DNA of 63,873 nt, filler included, from Octopus bimaculoides (GCF_001194135.2; 7 parts of 6 records of this genome joined end to end with filler, not necessarily neighbours in it), one strand, 5' to 3'. Counted from the whole stretch's first letter, positions 24,018-36,429 are shown. Made by a program: numbers and translations. The notes: generated by a model not told the origin, from the letters alone.

Positions 24018-24570
24018 ATGAACAAAAAAAAATCCATCATATACAAAGTAATAAACGCACAAACAAGAAGACCAGAACAAGCCAAGACATACAAAATAAA
24101 AAGATGTTTACACCCTATTTGGTCACATAAGGATTATGTTGCTTGGTGGCATAAATTTGCCCAAGTCCAAGTAATATTTCGAAATGAAAAAGTAGCAAAA
24201 CCATTTTCAACGATAACTCTTCATACACAAGACATCATCATGATACCCAGCTACCTTGGGCAGAGGGTAACAATGGTTACCATAAAAAATGCCCCACCAA
24301 TGATAGACACACTATGGTGGCTATCGGCCATATGTGTCGACATGGAGGACATAAACATCCTTCAAATTACTGTTTCGGAAAAGCAGAACTGGGTGGGAAA
24401 AACACTGCAAATCCTGTTCCACATTAATGAGGAATCGATAAGCAATATACCAACATACATATGCTTATCACGCGACAAAAAATTATATGTAGTGGTAGAG
24501 AGCAGGCGGCCTCGCTGTTATTTATGCGACAGTTAGACACACCTCAAAAAGGACTGCCCAACTGCCATAA
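24018..24570 (+). pseudogene. Tx1 ORF1 (gag-like RNA-binding protein) core, disrupted
   Basis: ORF 24018-24536 ends YVVVESRRPRCYLCDS* and continues in frame THLKKDC. Confidence 0.75.
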
Positions 24571-25378
24571 AGACCAACAACAAGAACTAACAAAACTTGT
24601 AAAAAAAAATCTTGCTGCCCACACGGCCTTCCACACACACACACACACAAAAAAAATAACAAAAGAAAAACCAACAACATCAACAACTGAAAAAATTACA
24701 ACTACTGCAAGAATAACAAACGAAGAAACAGATCCCCCTTCCCCCACATCACATACACCACAACCGATTCGACCACCCAAAGTCAACAACCAGCAACAAC
24801 AAAAACAACAACACAACCACTTACACAAACAAACACAAATCCATAAGACATGCCCCTACCCCCTTCCGATTCCTCAGATCTTTCGTCGGAAGACGAAAGT
24901 AGTGAGGAATGGCAAATAGCCAGAAAAGGAAGGAGGAAAAGGGGAAAAACAGAACAAAGACAAACACCAACAAAGCAGGGAGATTCACAACTCTCGAAAA
25001 CACTTCCAACTCTAACACAAACAACACCAATAATAACAGAACAAAAACAATACTCACAGCAATAGACACTACAAGCACAGGGTTGATGAAATACATCATC
25101 TCAAAAACAAACATTACAAAAAACGACATTAAAACAAACAATCACCAACACACAACACCACTAAAGCACATAGAAATTTACCACATCACACCAACATTGC
25201 ACCACACAATAAAATCTCTCTACCCCAATGCGGTAGGGGGCTGCCAGAAATATTTGTGCAAAAAACTTTACAACAGCCTCCTTGATGAAAAATCAAAGGA
25301 GGAGACAAAACTTTCGAACAGTAAGTAACTCCCTGTTCCTTTCTTTTTGTACTTTAAAGCACTTATTTCAATAGAATC

Positions 25379-26551
25379 ATGATCAAGATTGGTTGTGTAA
25401 ATGCGCGTGGCTTGGGGTCCCCTTGGAAACAAGGGTACCTTTTAAATGATATCAAGTCACATAACTTGGAAATCGTAGCCATAAGTGAGACCACACTCCA
25501 TGAGCCGCGGGCCCTAAAGTCCATGTTTGGCGGACAGTTTAACATTTATTTTTCTCCCTGTCTGCCAAGGATGGGCGGTAGTGGTACGGCGGTTCTTTTT
25601 CGCAAGAGTTTGGATCTCGAAGTAAAGACGATATTCATAGACCCGGAGGGTAGACTGGTTGTCCTGGATGTCTACGGCAGCGATGGGTGCGCTTTTCGGC
25701 TGCTAGCAGTCTATGTTCCTCCTTTAACAGGTCGGTCAGATTTCTTTTGACGTTTAGAATGCTACCTTGGACATGCATCTAGAATACGTGGGGAGAGACA
25801 ACAATAGAAGGGGTTGCAAATGCCTCTGAGACCTGCTCAGACGCTTTCAGCTGTCTGACAGGTACCGATTCGACCACCCAAATGTGCCAACGTAGACATG
25901 GAGCAACTGCATTGGGTCGTCGAGATCGTATCTAGATAGGATACTGTATAGGACAATAGAGATAGCTTAGGATGTCCACAATTCCATACAGTCAGCTACA
26001 CGGATCACAAACTTGTGACGTGTACGCTAGACTTAGATAAGGCACATAGGCAGGGTCCTGGTTACTGGAAACTAAACGAGTCTTTCCCATCGAGACAGGT
26101 TTTCAGAGACCGGATTAGCACGTTAGTAAAGAGGGCTTTGACGGGAGCCATCATCAACAACAAATGGTGGTTTGCCCTCAAGAAAGCAGTAAGGGCGGAA
26201 GCAATTAGATATAGCTAGGTACTAGCTGTAGATAGAAACAGAATAGAGGGTGACCTAGTGAAGAAGCTAAAAGAGGAAATCAGAAGTGACATCGCATCCA
26301 ACGATTTGGCGGCGAGGTTGGCACTAGACCAACACTTCAACGCCAAACACGAAGGGTGTGCTGTCAGGGCAAGGATGCGTGCTCTAAGGAACGAAAGTGT
26401 TGGAGTCGCGTGAGAGGCCCGGGTGGCGGATGTACAAAGGGGCAACAGAGCCACCATCCGGTCTCTGGTAGACGAAGAGGGGCGCGAATTGCTCGAGCCG
26501 AGCAAGATGTGCGAGGCGTTTCAGCGGCATTTTGCCCGACTATTCGGGATG
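25379..26551 (+). pseudogene. Tx1 ORF2 APE-endonuclease and linker region, disrupted
   Basis: Exo_endo_phos-type motifs N-ARGL, SET and YTDH; in-frame stops after SDFF and IRYS. Confidence 0.88.
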
Positions 26552-26651
26552 NNNNNNNNNNNNNNNNNNNNNNNNNNNNNNNNNNNNNNNNNNNNTTAAT
26601 TAATTAANNNNNNNNNNNNNNNNNNNNNNNNNNNNNNNNNNNNNNNNNNNN

Positions 26652-26907
26652 ACAATTCCTATCATAGTAGGTGCCTTAGGTATAATAAAAAAATATTCAG
26701 ACAAATACATAACAAAAACACCAGGACTTACAAATATATATAACATACAGAAAATTGCACTACTGGGTACTGCACACATTCTACGCAAAACACTTTCAAT
26801 ACAGTAAACATAAGAGCACCACAGCAAACCACAGCACATACCCGAGGCGCACAGAGCTGCACTCGGTAGTGAAGTGAAAGCACATTATAAAAATAAAACT
26901 ACTGAAC
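26652..26907 (+). mobile_element. R4/Dong-like element, family 1: 3' end followed by (TAA)n
   Basis: TIPIIVGALGIIKKYSDKYITKTPGLTNIYNIQKIALLGTAHILRKTLSIQ* plus a 3' UTR near-identical to the copies at 46051 and 53996. Confidence 0.85.
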
Positions 26908-27231
26908 AATAATAATAATAATAATAAAAATAATCCTTTCTACTATAGGCACAAGGCCTGAAATTTTAGGGGTGGGGGAAACTAGTCGACTCCAGTGTTT
27001 CACTGATACTTGAACAAAAAGAATAATAATTTCTTCATTCATTGACCAATATAAGCGATCGATTTGAGTGACTTAAGAGATTCACTGAGACACTAATCCA
27101 TACTTGCTTAGAATTCGTGTCCAGGGGTGGATTTTGCCGGCTGAGGCAGCATCCTGCATTTGGGAATAAAACATTACCAACAGGTTTGAATACACTTACA
27201 GCTTTATATAATAATACATGTTCTCACTTAC

Positions 27232-27337
27232 CATGTAATATTTTATGCACAAGAGTTGCAGTATGTAAGTTACTTTGAGGTATCTCAGTTCATAATCAAA
27301 AGTAAAAAGGCAATATGACTTAGCAACATAAACTTTC
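27232..27337 (-). CDS. Candidate internal exon (106 bp; alternative donor gives 27200-27337)
   Basis: Acceptor ttctgtttctgtttcgtgtatgttatttaacag, donor ATG|GTAAGT; open frame KVYVAKSYCLFTFDYELRYLKVTYILQLLCIKYYM, in phase with exon 31301-31404. Confidence 0.35.
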
Positions 27338-28274
27338 CTGTTAAATAACATACACGAAACAGAAACAGAATTCTGACAAATTCTGTTAATCAGTCTATTG
27401 TCAATTCTTGTTTGTTTACCCAATCAATTTGATTCATTTTTGGTAGTAATTTGTCTGCATCTGGACAAGACAGAAATGAGACAAACTTCAAATTGTATGA
27501 AGTGTGCTTTCTCAAATCGACTTGTCAAATATGTAATTTCTGGCTTTTAAAATATTCATTACTAAAACGGTTTCTTTTTTTCTTTTCTCTCCTCATTGTG
27601 TTTTTTTGTTTCTTTTGTCCTTTTAATTTTGTTTTCTGCTTGTTTTGTATTTTTTTTATTTTTTTATCATTTTGGAATTTTGTATTTTTTCATTTATTAT
27701 TCCTTTCTTTACATCTTGCTTCTTTCATTAACTTTTTTTTTGTTTTAGCATCTAGATTTCCATTGTCTTTTTATCCCCGCTCAGCTCCTTGATGTCTCCA
27801 CATTGCTCTGCACGCCAAAATGATTAATATCCTATCAGTCAGTAACTCTCCTCTTTATATTTGACTTTCACAGGTTAGTTATTAATCACATACAACAAAC
27901 AACATTTGACAGCACTAGCTTGGATAAACATCTCATTGTTCTCACAACACACTCCTGTCACTCACTGTTCTCACTCCTACACACTAAGGAGAACGAAACT
28001 GATTGAAGATCTTGCCCGAGAAAGAACGCATACAGTGAAGAAGATTGGAGCATGGGTTCTTTCATAAATGTTGTATTGCAGTTTTAATATCAAATTAATA
28101 ACAGGGGCAGTAGATTTAGTACAATCAGTAGTGCAATGAAGAAAATGCCTTGTAGTGTTTAGTTGCATCCTTCTACATTGTGAGTTCAAATCTCAACCTG
28201 GCTGACTTTACTTTTCATCTTTTTTGCCATTGATAAAGTATCATTTAAGGACTAAAGTTAATAGAAAGGGGGTA

Positions 28275-29102
28275 CTCAAAAGAGACCAGAATTTTATGCT
28301 TACACTTTTATTGCCTGCAAAGTATTCTTCATGTGAAGTAATGCATTGGTCCAGGTGTATTTTCCACTACCCAAAGCAATGCTGGAACTCTTTTAACATC
28401 TCTGTCGTTTTTTTTCTCCGCCTCTTCCACATCTTCAAATTCCATAGCACCAGTTTTCATCACCAGTGGTGACCTTTGAAAAAAAGGTCTGGATCAACTT
28501 CCAACTGTTCTTTCAGCTCATGACATCCACTGAGTCATGACTACCATGGAGCAAGTGAGGCACAGATTTTTTCTGCAACTCTTTTCGTTTACAATTCCTT
28601 CCTCAAAATTCATTGGCAGGAGCTCCAGAACAGACCAGTCTATCAATAAGTTTGTCCATTATTCAGTGATGGGCTTCCAAGATCAGTTCAAGAATTTCCA
28701 TGATGTTTTCATTCATTCAGGAGGTCAACAGTTGCCACGAATAGGGTCGGTCTTCGAGTCACAAGTGACCATACCTATCGCATAGAAGCCATTTGTAAAT
28801 TTGTGTTTTACTCATGGCAGAGTCCTTGTAGCTGTTTGAAGCATGACAATTGTTTTCCCCAGCGCAAAACAGAATTTCATGGAAGTATGCTATTCCTTTG
28901 TTTCAGCCATCACAAAAATCAGTGTACAAGGGAGAAGCACTGCAAAATGTACCATGTGGCAATATGAGTTCACTTGTTGTTGTCAGTCAGCAGACTAATG
29001 TGTGAATCTGAGAGGGGAATATGTTGAATAAAATCATAATTAACTGTTCGTCCTGTATTTTCTTTTACTCAAAGCCAAGACCTTCTCAGCGCTCCCCCTT
29101 AT
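28275..29102 (-). mobile_element. Mariner transposon, internally deleted and degenerate
   Basis: MAETKE..SMKFCFALGKT; CHELKEQLEVDPDLFSKVTTGDENWCYG; FEDVEE; WKIHLDQCITSHEEYFAGN*; degenerate terminal inverted repeats. Confidence 0.75.
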
Positions 29103-29506
29103 ACATTTAAATACGGTTTTAATTTACATTTGAATACTGTTGTGTAGAATGCCATAAATAAACTAGGGTAGGTATTTCTAGACTAGCTTCAAAGAAAACC
29201 TTAGTGATTAGAGAGAGGACCGAGTAAGGAAAAGAAGAATGAAAGAAATATAGAAAGAAGGAGAGTGGAGGGAAAAATGAAAGGTAAGGACAGCATAGGA
29301 TGGCTTAGATGAAGTGAGAAGTGAATGTTTGTACACTGAAAGGGGCTGAACAATTGTTATTAGATTTGTATAACAAAGAGTTAAACAAGTCAGAATTTAA
29401 TGGATGAAAAGCTGTGTGAAATTGTAAAATAGTTATAGCACATCATAATTAAAGATTAGTGATAGGATAAAAATTAATAGTAAAAACTTAGAAGAACATG
29501 TTATAA

Positions 29507-29543
<37 letters not shown>

Positions 29544-29613
29544 CTTATAGGTACATACACATATATGTATGTGCAGCCATATATATGCATGCATACATGT
29601 GTGTGTGTGTATG

Positions 29614-29664
<51 letters not shown>

Positions 29665-29692
29665 ATATACACAGACATATATACACATATAC

Positions 29693-29729
<37 letters not shown>

Positions 29730-30065
29730 GTAATCAAAAAGTAATTAAATATATAATAAATGCACTAAATCGAAATAGTCTCCAGGCATACAAGAAAAGG
29801 AAAAGAAAAAAAAATGAAGTGTGAAACGAAGAATATTTAGGAGTGAGAAAATGAGGTGATATATGAAGTTTTGGTGAGAAATTATATTATTTAGGAATAA
29901 TAGGGTAATGGTACTCTAAGGCCTTTCAGAAAACGAGCACTATTTGCAGTAAAAATGAAATTTAATCCACATATTTACATATATGTATATGTGTGTGTGT
30001 TTGTACTTGTTTCTCCCTATATTATTTATATGTTGGGTAAAGAGAATTTTAGAAATATTTTATTT

Positions 30066-31290
30066 AGGTGCAGGTGTGGCTGTGTGGTTAGAAGCTTGCT
30101 TCCCAACCACATGGTCTCTGGGTTTAGTCCCACTGTGCAAGTGTCTTCTACTATAGCTTCAGGCTGACCAAAGCCTTGTGAGTGGATTTGGTTGACAGAA
30201 ACTGAAAGAAGCCTGTCGTATATACATACATAGGGTGTGATGAGTAAATTATCACCATTTTATATTTTTAATTTTGCACATGTGCATTGTTTGTTTTTGA
30301 TTCTAACTACACAGTATGGTAGGGTCAGTTGGGCACTGTCTGTGAGATTCACGCCAGAAGCTGCAATATGAACATTTCAGAGTGTTTGGGTGTCAATCTG
30401 AGGACAGTTCAGTCTGGGTGTTAATCTGAGGCCATGTACTGAGAATGATAAAAATCAAACATTCAGTCAGCATCATGATGTTTGGAGTTGATCACTAGTG
30501 ATGGCAACATTATGATTCCATTCATCTTCCCACATCGCCTTAGACTCAATATGGAGGCCTACATCAAGTGCCTGGAGGAGGTAGTACTGCCCTGGTCAAG
30601 AGGGTGGCTACTGGATGACCCTATGTCTGGCAACAGGACTCTGCATCATGCCATAAAAATAGGAGATCCCAGCCATGGCTCCCAAACAATTTCTGTAACC
30701 TCATCACCCCTAACATCTGGCCACCTAATTCCCCAGATTGCAACCCCATTTAATTATTATGTGTGGGGCGCGGTCGAGCGAGAAACCAACAAAACTCTTT
30801 GTAACACCAGGCAAGGATTATGGCAGCATTCACCAAATTAAACAAAGAGACCATCCAGAAGAGTTGCAGGAGATTCTGAAGTCGTCTGGAGGTCATGGTT
30901 GAAGCCTATGGCAATTTTATTGAATAAATTATTTTAGTAAATATATCTGTTAAAATGAGATGTCAGTGTTATTTTCAGTTTTGCATAATTTAGACGACAA
31001 TTTATTCACCGCACCCTGTATATATGTGTGTGTGTGTGTGTGTGTATATATCTATGTGTATATGTCTTTGTGTCTGTGTTTGTCCCCCACCCCCATCACC
31101 GCTTGACAACCAGTATTCGTGTGTTTATGTCCCTGTAACTTAGTGGTCCTGCAAAAGAGACCGATAGAATAAGTACTAGGCTTCAAAAATATAAGTCCCG
31201 TGGTCGATCTGTTTTGGCTAAAACCCTTCAAAGTGGTGCTCCAGCATGGCTGCAGTCAAATGATTGAAACATGTAAAGGAATAAAAGAAT
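30066..31290 (+). mobile_element. SINE family A, split by a maT transposon (parts 30066-30230 and 31019-31290)
   Basis: The tRNA-like head (tggctgtgtgg) and the 3' tail flank the transposon at the SINE's internal TA/TG tract. Confidence 0.8.
30231..31018 (+). mobile_element. Tc1/mariner maT (DD37D) transposon, internally deleted
   Basis: Imperfect ~26-bp TIRs (agggtgtgatgagtaaattatc / gacaatttattcaccgcaccctg) at TA; transposase remnant ITSDGNIMIPFIFP...WQQDSA...NIWPPNSPDCNP..YYVWGAVERETNK. Confidence 0.85.
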
Positions 31291-31300
31291 AAGCTGATAC

Positions 31301-31404
31301 CTGTAGCTGATTAACAACTCATTGTGTTTATTAATTAGACCTAATTTGCCTCCATTGAATGTAAAATTACAGCCACTCCCACCTGCTTTATATGGAAATG
31401 CAGT
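31301..31404 (-). CDS. Internal exon (104 bp) of unidentified minus-strand gene
   Basis: Acceptor cttgttttacag, donor CAG|GTATCA; frame TAFPYKAGGSGCNFTFNGGKLGLINKHNELLISY(R), with an NFT sequon. Confidence 0.55.
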
Positions 31405-32143
31405 CTGTAAAACAAGCCTGGAAATGGATTGATTAATATTACTGCCCTTCATCTTAAATTAATTTTGTTAATGCTATGCTATATAATTTCCCCCTATAAT
31501 TAAGGGAATTAACCATTTTGTTTCTATATTTCTAACCAAAGGACACCCTCATGTGTTTCAATTAAACTGTCAAATAATCATAAACAACTAACCCTTTTTT
31601 TTATTTATTTAACTGCATATTAATGTGATTTTTGGAACACAATTTAACAAAAAATTCTTAACTAAATTTATTGCATAAGTTTTGTCTCAAAGTGAATCTA
31701 ATTACAGGTAAATACAGGTAAACATGGATAGATTCAACAAAATATAAAATTATTTAAAGTTTTGTTTAAACATAATCATAGAACATGAGTTATTAGCTGA
31801 TATTCAATTGGAAATGCTACAAAATTTTAATGTAGAAGAAATGTTCAAATTACTGGATTATCTATGAATTAAAATTAATGCACAAAAGACAAGTGCACCA
31901 TAAAGGCAAAACAACAAAATACCAGAATTTATCATCGAAGAAAACTTGGAAATGAAATGCACATTCAATCAACTAAATGAAATAAACTCGCATGCATACA
32001 TGAATAGCCAGAAATAATGATTTGTAATAAAAATTAATTAACATTTGTCACACACAGATAAATAAAAAAATAAGAATGAGGTAGATTTGAAAACATATTT
32101 ATAAATCAAATGTTATGTGGATGTGTGTAAGTGTGTGTGTGGA

Positions 32144-32191
<48 letters not shown>

Positions 32192-32193
<2 letters not shown>

Positions 32194-32686
32194 AGAGTAA
32201 GCAAAACAAGGTGGAAAAAATAGTACTCGAATACCAGAGGTAGAGTAATATGCTTTATTAAAAAGCAGCAAAAATATCACAAAAACTGTTACTCAGAGTT
32301 TCATGTTCCTGTTTATCAGACAGTTTTCTTTAGGATGCCAAAAAAAACATGAACAAAATGAAAAATTAGAACATAAGAAAACAAAAACATCGAAAACGAA
32401 CTTTTTTTGAACAACAAAAGAAACAAATAGAGAAACGAGATAGGCAACATAAAGAACATTCCCTTCATCAGTTGTCCCCTGTTTTATCTACTCTGGGTTT
32501 CGAAGGTTGGGACAAGACGTGACTTCATCAAAATAGTCCTTCCCGCTAAGCAAATTAAATAAAATTTGTGATTTTTGTGGAGGGTGAAAGTGGTAACAAA
32601 AACAGGACAGTAACAACAAAATAGTAAAAAAAAAACAGTGAGGGCTGTTAAGCTATAACGAGGTAAAGTGGTGAATGGTGGAGAAA
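32192..32686 (-). mobile_element. Penelope-like terminal repeat with tandem hammerhead-like motifs (family H2)
   Basis: Minus strand has three (C/T)TGAT(G/A)A cores; the best motif, 32282-32327, reads AAAACTGT CTGATAA ACAGGAACAT GAAAC TCTGA GTA ACAGTTTT. Same family as 63751-63870. Confidence 0.65.
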
Positions 32687-32732
32687 NNNNNNNNNNTATA
32701 TATAAACATATATATGCATATGTATATATATA

Positions 32733-33250
32733 TCATCATCATCATTGTTTGACTGAGGACTGGTGAAACCAGATCGCTACACCAGGCTCCAATCTGATTT
32801 GGCAGAGTTTCTACAGCTGGATGCCCTTCCTAACGCCAACCACTCAGAGAGTGTAGTGGGTGCTTTTACGTGTCACTGGCATGAGGGCCAGTCAGGCGGT
32901 ACCGGCAATGGCCACACTCAAATGGTGTTTTTACGTGTTATCTGCACAGGAGCCAGTCCAGTGGCACTGACAATGCCCTCACTCGAATGTTGTTTTCTAC
33001 GTACTACTGGTACAAGTGCCAGTGAGGAAATGCTGGTAACGATCACACTTGAATGGTGCTTTTTACGTGCTACTGGCACGGGGGCCAGTCAGCAGCCCTG
33101 GTGACGATCACGCTTGTATGGAGCTCTTAGTGCTCCACTAACACGGATGCCAGTCATGCAGTGCTGTCATCAAATTTGATTTCGATTTCAATTTCACTTG
33201 CCTCAACAAGTCTTCACAAGCAGAGTTTAGTGTCCAACGAAAGAAAGGTA
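32733..33250 (-). mobile_element. SINE family B / RTE-type 3' tail with internal ~66-bp subrepeats
   Basis: (CAT)n tail, ggcagagtttctacagctggatgcccttcctaacgccaacc core, and about five tttt(t)acgtg...gccagt subunits. Confidence 0.85.
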
Positions 33251-33333
33251 TGCATATATATATATATATATATATTGGATTGTTGGTAATTTTTTTCCTC
33301 TGGCTTCCTTTTCTCTTGGCTTTCCTCTGTCTA

Positions 33334-33370
33334 TTTTTCTGAAGAAGAGCTTTGCTCGAAATGTAAAACA
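33334..33370 (+). ncRNA. Minimal type I hammerhead-like motif (family H3)
   Basis: ttttt CTGAAGA A GAGC-TTT-GCTC GAAA TGTA aaa; helix III appears to be ACGT mutated to ATGT. Confidence 0.5.
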
Positions 33371-34330
33371 ACCTTTCTTTCCTTCCCTGAGTGTCATTTA
33401 ATACTTTGCATGTGCCACGTCCTCATGTTGTTTTTTCTCATGTTGTTTTCTTCATTTTTTGGAGGATTAATTATATGAGGTTTGACTATAGCAGATTGAG
33501 ATGCATTTTTAATTGATGAACAAATCAATTACATCATGTAAAAAAAAAAGAATATTTTTTATTTGGTGAATTGTTTAAAATTTAACATTTCAGATTTGGC
33601 TCATAAAGAATATACGTTCACTCCCTCATCCTGGTGTTCTTATTAAAATAGCTTGATTCAATTGGATCCTGCAAATAATTGATAATATACACACGCGCTC
33701 TCTCTGTTTTTCTCCCCCCCCCACAGACTTCCGCACACACACAATATATATTCCTAAAAATGCTTGGATTCTTTCCATGCATGTGGGAGATGAGGAACTA
33801 TCTTTTATTTTTACCTCTATTTTCCATAATAATTCATTTCTGCACAAACTGCTTCAAAAGAATAAATAAAAATAAAAATAATCCAATAATTTCATTTCTT
33901 TGGAACGACTGTAGCTAGGTCGTGTCTCTTCCTGAAAATAATCAAGAAAAACAGTTTTCAAATTCTTACTACATTCAGGTACAAATTCATTTTTTAAAAA
34001 ATATTTTTGTTGGAATTCTTGTAAGAATTGTTTCACTTTCGGAAACAGAAATATCCAATTCATAATCACACCTGTGCTTTTTATGTTTAGTTTATATTTT
34101 GCTAGATTTTTCTATATCTTCTTTCAAAATATTCTGCTATTTCAAATTCTCTGCTTGACAACAATAAAACTGGTATCCGTTTTTTGTTCATTGTGAAAAA
34201 TTCCCAAAAATTGATATGGAAGTGAAATGGAAAAATAAAATCTCCAAAAATTTGTGGAGCATACATACCATGTAAAGTAATGTTGGACAGTATAATTCAA
34301 TTGTTTACATAATGAAATCATGTGTTTTCA

Positions 34331-34332
<2 letters not shown>

Positions 34333-34361
<29 letters not shown>

Positions 34362-34645
34362 GTCGTTTAATGTCCGCTTTCCATGCTAGCATGGGTTGGA
34401 CGATTTGACTGAGGACTGGTGGACCAGATGGATACACCAGGCTCCAATCTGATTTGGCAGAGTTTCTACAGCTGGATGCCCTTCCTAACGCCAACCACTC
34501 CGAGAGTGTAGTGGGTGCTTTTACGTGCCACTGGCATGAGGGCCAGTCAGGTGGTACTGGCGATGGCCACGCTCCAAATGGTCTGTTTTACGTGCCACCT
34601 GCACAGGAGCCAGTCCATCGGCACTTGCAACGATCTCGTTCGAAT
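34333..34645 (-). mobile_element. SINE family B
   Basis: (CAT)n tail and the same core as 32733-33250. Confidence 0.85.
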
Positions 34646-34886
34646 GTATAAATGAGATTTGCACTGAAATTCACATTTAAATGTGAATAAATCATTTCAG
34701 GTGACTTTGAGTCAGAAAAATATTTTTGGGCATCTTCAGGCATGAAAGGATTAAAATGTTTATCCAATCTTAACCTATATTCTATCACAGTGACTCCATT
34801 AAAAAAGTAAATTTTATCAAATGTCTGGGTAGGGCTTCTATATACTATATTCTTACAAAACACTGTCCAAATAAAGAAATAGTTAC

Positions 34887-34977
34887 CTGTGGCTGGATAG
34901 GTTTACACAAGAGATAGAAAGTGACCAACACTGTTTTTATGATGCTGCTTGTTTGGAGCAGTCTCGTGTGTAACTGG
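34887..34977 (-). CDS. Candidate exon (91 bp) of unidentified minus-strand gene, with a signal-peptide-like stretch
   Basis: Acceptor ctttgcagtttcag, donor CAG|GTAACT; only one frame open, QLHTRLLQTSSIIKTVLVTFYLLCKPIQPQ, in phase with exon 31301-31404. Confidence 0.45.
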
Positions 34978-35125
34978 CTGAAACTGCAAAGATGATCTAG
35001 AACTTGACTGAGGATAGGAAACTGGAAATGATTCGTCCTTGATTTTTCCTATCCTTTTTTGTATCGTCTAACGGTCTGGATGTTTTGTTGTCGCCTGTTA
35101 TGTTCTTGTTCCATTTTTTGCTTCC

Positions 35126-35175
<50 letters not shown>

Positions 35176-35882
35176 GTATGCACACACACATACATACATG
35201 TAAATATGTATGTGTGTATATATGCATGTATGTATGCATACATGAACACTCGACTTCAGATGAGCTTCATTCAGGCTGTGCAGGGAAAAATTACACAACA
35301 ACTGCGCAAGACATGTAATATCATTTAGAATGTATACCAAAAGATAATCTACTTTACAAGAACAAAAAAACAAAAAGAAAAGAAAAATGAGATAAAACCA
35401 CAGCAAAGCATCAAATTCTGCCTTAGAATGTTCTCCACTCTAATTCGCATTCAACATTCAACCATCAAATTTACAGCAATTAAAAAATTTTTTTTTTTTA
35501 TTTATTCTTTTATTTCATTACTTATCGATTTATTCATTTTACTTTTATTCCCATTTATTTAGTTTTCAAGTTTCAATCAAATTTTCCAGAGGAATCTGAA
35601 ACGTAGAGTTGATATAGAGAGGGTGGAGAAAGGAAGAGGAGTGGGAATGAAAGAGGTGGAGGTGAGATGGTAAGAAAAACGAAAAAAAATAACCGAAAGA
35701 ACATCTACGTTTCATTTCAACTATTTAATCTGATTAAATCCCATAAGAATTTCGTAAAACATAATAAGCTGTTGCACTAGTATTTATTTCAAAGGGAAAC
35801 TAGTAAAGTGATTCATTGATGCCATATTGAAAGCAGTGGAAAGCTATAAAGTTATTGAACTTTTAAAACAAGTTAGATCATG

Positions 35883-36429
35883 ACGATAAAGAAATGGATA
35901 AAGTCTAATACGATGGTGATAATGGTGATGATGGTGATGACGGCAACGAAGATGATGATAGTGATGATGATGAAGATAACAACAGCGAAGTTTGGTGTCA
36001 ATGATGGTGGTGGTTGTGGTGGTGGTGAGGAAGAGGATAACGACGGTGATGACGATAAAGATGAGGACGAGAAAGACAAGGAGGAGAACAGGGAGGAGGA
36101 CAAGGAGGAAGACGAGGAGAAGGACAAGGAGGTGTAGGTGGAGGATGAGGACGAGGAGGATGATGATGATGACGATGACAATGATGACAACAACGAGGAG
36201 GAAGGCGAAGCGGAGGGAGGATGAGGAGGACAAAACAATGATGGTGATTTTGATGATGATGATGATGACGATGACGATGATGATGACGATGATAACAGGG
36301 ATGAAAGCTATCGTGATGATCTTGATCATAATCATCATTCTTCTCATTATTGCCACTGTTGTCATCGTCATCATCATCATCATGGTAGTCATAATGATCA
36401 CAATCATCATCACCATTATCATAATAATG

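Larger units (their letters stand above)
23640..26551 (+). mobile_element. L1/Tx1-clade LINE, 5' about 2.9 kb (ORF1 plus ORF2 endonuclease), cut off by an assembly join
   Basis: ORF1 remnant with gag-type knuckle CYLCDS*THLKKDC (CX2CX4HX4C); ORF2 starts at 25379 with an APE domain (MIKIGCVNARGL, ISET, SYTDHKLV, PGYWKLN); several stops and frameshifts. Confidence 0.9.

Noticed and set aside
25322-25375. Intron-like GTAAGT...polypyrimidine...AG between Tx1 ORF1 and ORF2
   Set aside because: Splicing at these sites does not fuse the frames; it gives a stop before the ORF2 ATG.
27408-27448. Minus-strand exon candidate with strong acceptor tttctgtcttgtccag
   Set aside because: Frames compatible with the adjacent exons contain stops.
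33970-34035. 66-bp minus-strand exon candidate (KQFLQEFQQKYFLKNEFVPEC)
   Set aside because: Phase 1-1 does not fit between the neighbouring phase-0 exons, and the acceptor is a weak AAG.
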